DNA of 60,507 nt, counting the filler, from Hausera hauseri (lineage: Eukaryota): assembly GCA_046269625.1 (NCBI GenBank). It is 12 parts of 12 records of this genome, joined end to end, with 100 filler letters (N's around TTAATTAATTAA, not from the genome) between each part and the next. Parts side by side here need not be neighbours in the genome. Positions count along the whole stretch, not along the records: positions 34,324 to 38,515 come from JBJURY010709658.1; positions 38,616 to 43,610 come from JBJURY010367150.1; positions 43,711 to 51,232 come from JBJURY010009345.1; 9 more parts are not named here. One strand, written 5' to 3'. Below the pieces are notes generated by a model that worked only from the letters and a program-made list of their open reading frames with translations, was not told the origin of the DNA and ran no database searches. This document shows positions 34,324-44,676 of this stretch, in pieces. Each line of letters begins with the position of its first letter. The first letter of the stretch is position 1. The position numbers and the translations under genes are program-made.

Positions 34324-36209
34324 TAGGCAAACGATATAGAGGTGCGTTTATCTTTGAATTTTCTGCACATGGATTACGTAACAACCGCATAATCCTAGCT
34401 ATTGCCTTAATTCTTTTTGGTTTTGCGGTTCCATGCAATCTGATATTTTATTTAGTAATGATTTATCCGGTCTCGATCTTCTTTCTCCAACTATATGGCC
34501 AAGGTAGGATATAGCATTCTGAACCAATTTGCATTTCCTTGGATTTAATTTCAATCCGGCTTGTTCCAGACGCATTAGCGTGTGTGCAATATCCTTTAAG
34601 TGTTCCTCGTCGGTTTTTGACGCTATCATTACGTCGTCTAAGTACGCAAAAGAGTGATCCAATCCCATTAACATTTTATTCATCATCCTTGTAAATATGG
34701 CTGGCCCGGTAGTAATCCCAAACGGCATGACGTTGAATTCATATACACCATTGTATGTCTTAAATGCTGTCTTATATCGGTCTTCATCTTCAATTTCCAC
34801 TTGGCGATATCTGCATTGTAAGTCCAGAGTAGTAAACTATTTTGCTCCTGAGAGTCTATTTAAGGCTTCTTTTACTGATGGCAATGGGAAAGAGTCTTTC
34901 ATCATAAGATTGTTTAGAGCCCTGTAATAAATAAAAAATCGATGTATTGTGGTACCTTTCTTCTTAACCATGAGGATTGGCGAATACCATGATCTGTAGC
35001 TGGGTCTGATTATATCGGCCTTAAGCATTCGTGCGACTTCCTTTGTTATCTCAGGTCTTAACGAATGTGGCGGAGGATACCATTTCGGCATCTTTTGATC
35101 CTCAGGGTCTATTTCTTCATTCGAACCTGGCTTTTTCTTTAGAGGGATAATTAACTTTAGTGCTTTCGCTCTACCAATATCTTTGTCGTCTTTAGCGACG
35201 ATTGATTTATAATGACACAACAATTCGTAAAATCGACAATAAGACTCGGGGGAAAACTTAGTTTCGACATGCGGTGGAAATTCAGCATACTTGTAAGGCT
35301 TCTCTTTAATAGTTATCGACGACACTCTATACGTATCTCCCAGAGTAGTATAAGCATGGAGTTTAATGGGGATCGGTGTATTGTTAGCTATTCTAATTGG
35401 CACACAACCGGAGTGTACTCTTGTCAGTATGTTACTACGTATTATATTTGGATTTAATGTTTCTCTTGGTTCAAAATATACTGGTTGATCGTCATCTTGC
35501 TGAATTTGGGCGTAAATTATTAACTCTGTCCTCGGTGGAATATCCTTATCTACTAGTATCCACATCTCTCCAAATTTTTTATCCTTGGCATTTTTCACGC
35601 CTTTATTTGGTCTGATTTCTATCAATTTTCCTGTTTGCAAGTCAATTGCTATATTCGGTAGTCTTTTCAGTAGGTCACATCCTAAAACTATGTCGTCAGT
35701 TAATTGTTCCATAATTGCATATTCATGATGGAAAAACTGTCCAATTATTCGAACTTCTGGATTCCATTTAAACATGGGTTTTGACATTTGGCCAAAAGCT
35801 CCCGTANNNNNNNNNNTTTTGCGGACGGTGGGTATAATTTTCCTCTCAGCGTTTTAGGAATTGAGACGTTTTTTATGTAAGACATCTCGGATCTTGTATC
35901 GATTAATGCGTAAACTTCCCAATTTTCAATAATGATTTTGGCGAAGCGTTTTCCTTCTATTACTGTACCCAAGCATTTCAATGTATCCTTTGAACGTTTT
36001 ACTGCCGATATTTTATGTCCACTGATTCGGATCTCGGGGGAGGATATCACGTTCTCCGATAATTGTCTCAATTCTTCATTTGGATATAATTCGTTGTTTT
36101 CTATATGGAACTCTGCTGTCTCGTGTGTACTAACTAATGGTTCTCGATTATTAGTATGCAATTCGTCATTTTGAAATGTTTTCAGCCTTGGATTGTCCCA
36201 TGCCGCTGC
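34324..36209 (-). pseudogene. pol: Ty3/gypsy pol 5' part (protease, spacer, RT), element D
   Basis: YALIDTRSEMSYI and DIVLGCDLL (aspartic protease); SWYSPILMVKKK, YRALN, KDSFPLP, KTAFKT...YEFNVMPFG, AYLDDVMI (RT). Confidence 0.93.
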
Positions 36210-36358
36210 CTAATCTCTATGTTTTTAGGCTCTCTTGGAGAATATAGCATCTTGGGCCCGTCTGTAGATTGTCGGTAGCACATTTGCCGTAGGATCCCGT
36301 ATAGTTTCGTTCCTTCATAAGGGTTTTCTATATTAATTGTTCTTTTATAAACTTCTGT

Positions 36359-38511
36359 CTAATATGAACTCATTGATTGTTTGCCACAGTCGTCATAAGT
36401 TGGAGCGGTAGGAGGTAACATAGGTAGTGGTGCTTTAATAACAGAATACACTTTATATCTATTTATTCCTGAAAGTACTTCTCCTCCCTTAGGCTCGTCA
36501 TCGTCTGAATCATTTCTTCGCGTTTTATACTTTGTAATTTTCCGCTTCTGCAAAAATATAGGTCTTCTTCTTCGTTTACCATTGTAATATCCGACATGCT
36601 GTTCTACCTCTGATTTCCATCTGTTTCCTTCGTATGCCTTTAAGAATTTTTAAAGGGTGTTATGATCGCAGTCAGTATCTTGCAAGAAAATCCAGTCAAC
36701 GTAAATATTTCATACCCATTACTTACGGCTTGGATGACTGCTTTGATCATTTGTATCAAAAAATATATCACTAAAAACCCGGATGCCGCTTGTCCGAAAA
36801 TTAAGAATCTTCCCCAAATTTTGTAGAGTATTTCCACGGTTGCTCGCTGGTAGTGATTTACGCCAAGTAAAGATTCCCATTTAGCGATGTATTGTGTATA
36901 ATCTACTACAGAAGCCATAGCTCGATTTAACTCATGTGTTCGCTGTCGTGGAAAGGCCAGAAATTGTCTAATAGTCTCAACTCCTTTGATCTATATATAC
37001 CTTTCGATGAGGTATCTTGAAATTTACCGTCCGTAATTCCCTTACCGAGATTTGGCCCTGTCAATTTATTTGGAGCGGCAATAATACCTCCATTGGGCGG
37101 ACTGACCCAGTCTGTGTCACTACGTCTAAACATGGGTTCTCCTAAGCACGCTTTACAATTTTTAAGGATAGTTGGTTGAGTAGCGTTACCCAGTAACACT
37201 TTTGTCAGCGGTGTCGCTAATCTTGAAATATTTTGGTAAATAAATGGAAGTTTCTGAATGCAACTTTTTTCTTCCACGTTGATGGGTAAGTCTGTTTTTT
37301 CGCATTCATAGGTTAGCAATACTTCGCCTGTAACCTGACCTAAAATTCCTTCTTTCATGGGAATTATCGGAGAAGCCAGTTCTGGGTTTGCATATATTAG
37401 AGGCATTTTCGTTCTGATGATTTCGGTATCTTATTTGCCGTCATTCATTATCATTTTGTGATATAATTCCCTTATTCCAACTTGTCCTTTATAGTAGAAG
37501 TAATCATCTCTATTTTTTAGGTAATCCTCGATAGGTACATCCTGTGTTTCTAGCTTAAACGTTTTTGTACTTATTTCCATTCCTGCTACGAAAAACGCCT
37601 CATAGTTTGTAGCAAACATTACTACATCGCAGCGAGAAATCATCTCTTTTTTTATAAATTTCAATCCATGCTGATCCGAAATTAATATAGTAGGTGTAGA
37701 ATGTGCTGATACATCCTCTGGTGTCCTTGAATTGGTCTCTGATTTGTCCACATATCGTTTCCCTGTAGTCTCATTGAACTTTAGTTCTTTAATTTTAATA
37801 AAATTACAATTTTTTCCAGAGGGAGGTTCCCATATTATAACCGAACTTCTAAAGGTACAGGTCCCGTCTTGTAAATGACATTTTTGATTCTCTGTATACA
37901 GTTTGGTGACACTATGGAACATTACCTTCTGTGATCGCATTTCTGATTCGTAAAAATCCACAACTACTACGTTTGCATCCAATCCTTTCCCGGTGTCGTA
38001 TTCTGCTCCATTACAATGTCCGCTGTGCATATCCAGTCTTCCGGCCACTATTTTGTATGCCCTGATTATTTTACCTTGCTGCATCTCTAATTGCATACTA
38101 CCCGTTATATTCTTCCAGATTCCTTGGCTTGCTTGCAGTGTTGGCGTTCTAAATTCATTGGAATTAATGAAGTCGTTGGTTTAATTATAGATGAGTGTCC
38201 ATGAACCAACCCACAGTGAAAAATGCTACCTGATCGCCTCAGAATACATTCCATTCCATCGAGCGATATCAATTCTTGTTGCTGATACAGGAAATAATTT
38301 TTCTCTTTTGCTTCTAACTTGTGTGGTCTGGCATGTCACATATTTCTAGATCCATTAGGGAATATCTCTGTCCTAGTTTAAACTTATCTCAATCGTAGAC
38401 AGTTACAGCGCTTATATACATAACTAGCATCATTAAGGTGAGTAGGCTAATTAGCAAATTTGATTCATTTTTCCGGCATATAATATCTGCTGTTGTTAAA
38501 TTACGTAACAT
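36359..38511 (-). pseudogene. env: Chuvirus-type (Jingchuvirales-like, class III gB-related) fusion glycoprotein / env, full length but decayed
   Basis: Signal-like LLISLLTLMMLVMYISA, then VTVYD*(C)...YSLMDLEIC, ECILRRSGSIFHCG..HGHSS, CHLQDGTC..IIW, GQVTGEVLLTYEC, CIQKLPF..N..LATPLTKVL, SKGIY, TM region FLIFGQAASGFLVIYFLIQMIKAVIQAVSNGYEIFTLTGFS, and a basic tail. This motif order matches chuviral G as I know it. Confidence 0.85.
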
Positions 38512-38615
38512 ATCGNNNNNNNNNNNNNNNNNNNNNNNNNNNNNNNNNNNNNNNNNNNNTTAATTAATTAANNNNNNNNNNNNNNNNNNNNNNNNNNNNN
38601 NNNNNNNNNNNNNNN

Positions 38616-41600
38616 AAATCCAATCAATCTATCAACTTCCTTATTGACCCAGGGGCTGCTGTTTCTTTGTTACACCATTCATCCAAAACCATCCATTTCA
38701 CTATTTAATACCAAATTGCATAAAGCTAACGGCCAAGAATTACCCATTTTTGGTAGGTCTAAGATCTCATTCACTTTACCAGCATTCCCTGACAGTTTCA
38801 ATTGGACTTTCATTGTTGCGGACGCAATCTCCAATACTTGGGTCTGATTTTTTATCTTTCTACAACCTCCTTGTAGATAGTAGACAACGTCAAATCATTA
38901 AAAACAGTTCAACAAAGCCGACCTCTACAAATAACCAACCAACCATGCAACCTATCTTGACTATAAAATCAATATTAAAGAAAGCATCAACCAATGTGAA
39001 TAAAAACCTAATAAATATCAATGTAAACAATCCTACGTTTCTGTTGAAGTCTAATTTATGCGGCCCGATTTTTACAGTTTCTTACACTAAGTCCATTCAA
39101 GCCACTGCTGTGACAAAAATAGCCTTTACTATGCTTGGCCAAAAAATGCAACAATATTTAACCAAGTCGTATTTTCATACAATATAAAAAGACCCAACAT
39201 TTCCACCGGTCAACACGGCATTTCATCATATCAACACAGAAAATCGTATGCCCCTTAGGCAGTCCAAGCGGAATTCTCTGCACTCGAGCAAGCTGACGTA
39301 ATAAAACGCTTAAAATCACCGTGGGCATCACTACTCCACGTCATTCCAAAAAGTTGGCACATTCCGTCCATGCGGCGATTATCGCCAACTTAATAACGTC
39401 ACTACGATGGATGCTTATCCTATACCTTTGATTAAGGATATATTACATTTTTTACACAAAACCACAATTTATTCGACTATAGATCTCAAAAAAGCCTACC
39501 ACCAAATACCGATAGTACCCGAAGACATAAAAAAACGGCCATAATAACACCTTTTGGTCTTCTCGAATAGGCATTCATATCCATCCGTTTAAAGAATGCA
39601 GCACAAACTTTTCAGCGATGCATTAATTCAGTCCTTTCAGGTTTGCCACTTGTACATCCGTACATTGATGATATACTAGTGGCATCGACATCACCCAAAC
39701 AACACGAAGAACATCTTGGACTGGTTTTCCAACGCTTACACAATTGCAATTTGCAAATTAACTTTTCTAAGTGTTCCTTCTTTCAAAAAAGGTTAATTTC
39801 CTTGGCCACGTCATCACACCTGATGGTCAAAGCCCACAACCTGATAGGATTCACCAACTACGAAATATCAAGCTACCAAAAACTACAACTGGCATGCGTA
39901 TTTTCCTCGTGACTTTACATTTTGTTCATAAATACGTCCCACACTGTAGCTAGTTAACTGCTCCTTTCGCTCAACTAGGAGCAGGGACGAAGAACAAACT
40001 TATATATTGGACGCCAGAATTTGTAAACCAGTTTGATGAACTTCGCGACAAGCTTAAAACAGTTGAAATCTTAGCTTACCCAAAACTCGATGCCTACTTC
40101 ATCTTAACAACCGATGCATCAACCACAGCCGTAGGAGTGGTTCTTCATCAAATATCTTAAGGTATAAATAAGCCACTAGAATTCTTTTTACGTAAGCTTC
40201 AGCCACAAGAACGCCGTTATTCCAACTTCGATAGAGAACTTCTGGCCATCGTCTTAGCTCTTAAACATTTTTCACACTTACTGATCGCTCAATCCTTCAG
40301 CATTCAAACGGACCACAAACCTCTCTTTCACGTAATGAACATGAAACAACCATCACTCCGACAAGAACGCCATATCTCATATCTGTCAACATTTAACTTC
40401 AAAATTTGCCATATTTCTGGCACAGACAATTTAATAGCTGATTTCCTATCACGGTCAGTTGGAGCAATTAGCGTCACACCAATTTTCTCAAAGGACCAGT
40501 TAATCCAAAATCCGCCTTCCAATGAAATTCTGAAACAATAAAAATCAGTAAAAATCATCGATGGAATAGCCATGGATACTTCGACACCTGGACATTTGCC
40601 AAGTTTGGCTCCTCCTCTCCAACAAACTGCATTTCAACATGTCCATTCTTTGCATCACCCAGGTTCCAAGGCTACATTCCGCCTTCTCAAACGCCACGTA
40701 ACATGGCCATCAATGAGATCTGATGTACAGAGCTGGGTTAGGCAATGTGTAGCTTGCCAAAAGTTCAAAGTAGCTAAATATCTTAAACCACCATTATTCC
40801 ATTTTCAATGTACATTCCGCTTTGAGTCAGTTCACATAGATATTGTTGGCCCATTACTATCCGATAACGGCCACAAATTCATCTTAGCAAAGATAGACCG
40901 CGCGTCTTGTTGGCCGGAAGCCATTTATTTTCACTCCATCAATATAGACTCCATTGCAACGCATTTATTAGGATTTGGATTAGCCGGTTCGGTACACCTC
41001 GCTATATAATTTTAGACCAAGGTCCTGAATTTGAATAGAACCTATTCAAATCTTTAGTTAATCGATTAGGCATAAATCACATAGACACAATTCCATATCA
41101 TTTCCAGTCGAACTGCTTATTAGAACGCTTTCATCGTACTCTCAAGATCTCATTAAAAATCCTGGCCGAAACTCATAAGAATGAGTGGCGCAATACGCCG
41201 TCTACTAGCACCGGTTGCGCATCCGCTGAAGCACTTTTCGGTACCACAATTTGCACACTTTTTGAACTCACCGATTTGGACAACACACCAACTGACGAAA
41301 CAATTAAGTCTGCACAAAATCACTTCGTTCAGCTAAGCTAGGATTCTTTCTGCAAAATAGTACATGAAGACAAAACATACTTACATGACTCACTATACAA
41401 TGCAAAGTTCGTGTGGTTAAAAAACCATTCACCCTCCGGTTTCCAACCAAACTGCTTAGGAAAATTTAAAGTCCTCAACGTTACCTCACACATAGTTACG
41501 ATATTAAAAAATGATAAGGAACAAAACGTTCACATAACTAACGTGAAACCTGTATTTTTTGTTTTTGATACACCAGACTGTTCAGCTGAGCTTTCAAAAA

Positions 41601-41988
41601 CCTTTCTCGACTCCTTCAATTCTTCCTCTGTTCTACTTCCACGACAATCTGCTACTTTAAGACCTGCATCAACTCAATACACTACACTAAATGACATACC
41701 GGCCAGTTCTCAAGCTGCTGACATGTCCAATCAAAACCTAACTTCATCTCAATCATATCAATAAACAATTAAATAGCACGTTAAGCAAAGCAAGACGGTT
41801 ACCTTTAGCAAATACAGTACAGAAAAAAATACGGATAAAATTTAACGTCTTGTCCATACAAAGACCCATCAGTTCGCTTACACTGTTGTCTCTTTATTTT
41901 TTCCTTTCTACATTTTTATCTTCTTACAGCGTCTTTTTCGTAATGGGAGGGGGAGTAGTGTGGTGCCGCGGGCTCGGGTGCCTCCACA
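38616..41988 (+). mobile_element. pol: Ty3/gypsy LTR retrotransposon, CsRN1/Kabuki-like lineage (element C): decayed pol, PPT and 3' LTR
   Basis: NFLIDPGAAVSL, LHKANG, SPWAS, RPCGDYR, HPYIDDIL, TDAS, FDRELLAI, HHPGSKAT...CVAC, HIDIVGP, LERFHRTLK. Collinear with element B. Confidence 0.95.
41945..41988 (+). repeat. Polypurine tract (41945-41958) and putative 30-bp 3' LTR (41959-41988)
   Basis: GGGAGGGGGAGTAG followed by TGTGGTGCCGCGGGCTCGGGTGCCTCCACA; ends resemble those of the element B LTR. Confidence 0.65.
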
Positions 41989-42713
41989 ATTCAACTTGCT
42001 GATTTACAGACATTTGCCCTAGAAGACGGTTTCCTTCTAAGTCATCAATTGTCATTTCGTTAAAATTCCGCGACACTTAAAATTAGCAGATATTTGAAAT
42101 TGATTAAAGTTAATATTTCAAGTATAACGATCGAATAGACAAAAAATAGCATAGGTAGAGTGCCGGTGAAATTTACTGAAAGGTTCGACATTCAAGCAGA
42201 ACTGAAATTTCTCAAATCGATAATACTTCCTACTGAAGCCCGGGATCTTTTTTTGGTCGTGGCATACATCTGCCGAGATCTCATGCGACGAATAAATGAA
42301 AGTTCGAAAACCAAACTGCTGGCTCATCAAAGAAAAAGGAAAACTCTTTTCTCCTGGAAACGCCTAGGAGATTTCAACGTACAACAAGTGTCAGAAATTA
42401 TGAAAACAAACAAATTGTATTAGACGTATTTTGATTTGATGATTTGGTTGATCAGAAACAAATTTTGTTCACTTGTCAATATAAAGAAAACATGAATCAA
42501 TCAAAACCTCATGTTACGGAAATAATCAATCAAATCGATCAAATAATAACACCAGTTGTTCAATCAATCCTAAAGACCGATTTAAATCATTGGCCTACAA
42601 CCAATCCCATTGATGTTATAGTCCGAAATATCGTTGTGGAATTGCAAACAGACTTCAACGAAATGAAATTTAATTTTCGTTTACAGGAATTCTTCCAAGA
42701 TTTGCCAATATAA
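41989..42713 (+). pseudogene. Decayed ORFan interrupted at its 5' side by element C
   Basis: The frame of ORF 42160-42423 extends back to 41989 with only two stops (IQLADLQTFALEDGFLL...) and continues into 42444-42713; AATAAA follows at about 42756. Confidence 0.5.
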
Positions 42714-43214
42714 AGACAACGTCAACGTTTTGTTTTCAATGGTTAGTTTGAACAATAATAAAATACAAAATCAATAACCGTTCATTCATTACTGTTTGTG
42801 AATCATAAAGTCCAGATAACGCAACTGGAGATTTAAATGTGACAGCTTTTCTCAATTGTTCTCACTTGTATAAACGATTTATAGAAGTTTCTATACCTCT
42901 ATCAGATGCCAGTATTTTCAATGATCTGATGTTATTTTTTATCATGTATGTTCTACAAACAAATATCAATGCCCAATAAGCTGAATTATTAATTTACATT
43001 TTGTGTAAGGTGTGTGAGTTATCAGAAACAATAAGTTATAAAAAATTGATTATTGTTATTGAAGTTTTTGATTTGAATTTTGAAAAAAATAATAAATCTT
43101 ATTATCGTTGTGATTAGCCTTTCGTGGTTTTATAATATGTATATCGTAACTGAGACTGATTTGGAATTTTATATCTCCGTTATGTACATACATAACAATA
43201 ACGCATAATCATAA

Positions 43215-43610
43215 CATGCTGTCTCAGCAGGATCAGAAAAGGTAATAAAATACATTGACAGTAACTATGACATGGACAACCTACGAGAAGCACTCCAGAG
43301 AGTTTTTCGACATTGCGAAGCTTGTCAGCGAAGCAAAGCCTTGACAACGAGCACAAAGGAAGAAACAGTGAACCTATCAGCAAAAGAGCCATTCGAGAAA
43401 GTATACATAGATACATGTGAACCAATAAAGGAGACATGGAGAAAAAAGGTACATTTTAGCAATAATAGATCAGTACAGTAGATACCTAAGCCTAATTGCT
43501 ATACCGAGGCAAGATGGAGCAACCGTCAATGCAGAAACAGAAAAGAAATGGATCCTCAAATACGGAGCACTAAAAGAAATACATACAGACTGCAGGAAAG
43601 CATTTGAGAC
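43215..43610 (+). pseudogene. Ty3/gypsy integrase fragment (Zn-binding region and start of catalytic core)
   Basis: AGSEKV...CEACQRSK...EPFEKVYID, then YILAIIDQYSRY...WILKYGALKEIHTD. Confidence 0.88.
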
Positions 43611-43710
43611 NNNNNNNNNNNNNNNNNNNNNNNNNNNNNNNNNNNNNNNNNNNNTTAATTAATTAANNNNNNNNNNNNNNNNNNNNNNNNNNNNNNNNNN
43701 NNNNNNNNNN

Positions 43711-43786
<76 letters not shown>
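43711..43786. repeat. (TAT)n microsatellite; a second tract at 51143-51232 closes the same contig
   Basis: Direct observation. Confidence 0.97.
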
Positions 43787-43788
<2 letters not shown>

Positions 43789-43921
43789 ACTGTTGTACAA
43801 GAGAATAGAATAAAACAGAATAATGCATGCAGGAAAACCCCTGACTGTATCACGTGCTCAACAAGTTGTAAAACGAGGACAGCAAAAAAATTTATAAATG
43901 TTCTGTATATATATATATTTT

Positions 43922-44247
43922 TTTTGTATAATTTGTAAACTTCTGCACAGCCAGGTGAAATAGAAAGTGCAATTACTTGCATATGCAAGAGACCTTTCGT
44001 TCAAATTATCACGAACTGAAACAGTTACTGATTGTACATGACAGAGGTAACATGTATTTTATATAATATGACAACTACTAAAGTGCACTTTAGTGCGCAA
44101 CGTTTTTAATAATTTATAAAAAAAAGTGTATATGTCTACCATCTGAAGATGTTCATGATAAAATTGAACGAAAGGCCTCATGCGTATGTAAGTAATTGCA
44201 TCTTTCTATTTCACCTGGCTGTGCAGAAGTTTACAAATTACACAAAA
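43922..44247. mobile_element. Penelope-like pLTR remnant: ~95-bp inverted repeat pair (43922-44017 / 44151-44247)
   Basis: Arms are near-perfect reverse complements, and the right arm starts within a hammerhead core. An inverted partial pLTR is typical of Penelope-like elements. Confidence 0.65.
44137..44186 (+). ncRNA. Minimal type I hammerhead ribozyme
   Basis: TACCAT-CTGAAGA-T-GTTCA(tgataaaat)TGAAC-GAAA-GGCC-TC-ATGcGTA: conserved core, 5-bp stem II, palindromic stem III, CUC site, and pairing stem I. Confidence 0.7.
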
Positions 44248-44573
44248 TTAATGAAATAGATGAAAAGCTATAATTGTAACATTTAAATAATGTTCAATAG
44301 ATAATACACACACATATATATATATATAATATGGTACGTAATAACGTAGTAGAACTAGTATAACTTTTTCTCATTTGGTTGAATTCAATAACTCACAAAT
44401 ACATAACTCACAACTCAAATTATTTATTTAATCTTACTCTCAAATCACTCTCAAGGTTACCAACTACATAAATACTAATATTAATTCACACACCACACTA
44501 AGTTTCGCTTATTGAATGGTTCACCATTTTTTGATTAAGGAAGATATATATATAATTGTCAATTGAAATCAGA

Positions 44574-44676
44574 CTAAGCAGCATCGGAGAGGGTTAGCAC
44601 TTGGATGACAGCGGACGGTAGCCACTGGCAAAAGGCTAAACTACAAATTTCGTTCTCTGATGGTTCGGATCCCATC
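44574..44676 (+). pseudogene. 5S rRNA-derived fragment (44574-44607) fused to a tRNA-like SINE head (44611-44676)
   Basis: CTAAGCAGCATCGGAGAGGGTTAGCACTTGGATG versus 5S CTAAGCAGGGTCGGGCCTGGTTAGTACTTGGATG; then GGTAGCCACTGG (A box-like) and GATGG-TTCGGATC-CCATC (T-arm/B box-like). Confidence 0.55.

Noticed and set aside
20187-41993. Elements B and C as the two ends of one insertion
   Set aside because: Both contain their own diverged PR-RT-RH-INT, their LTRs differ, and the flanks (TTGGT vs ATTCA) form no target-site duplication.
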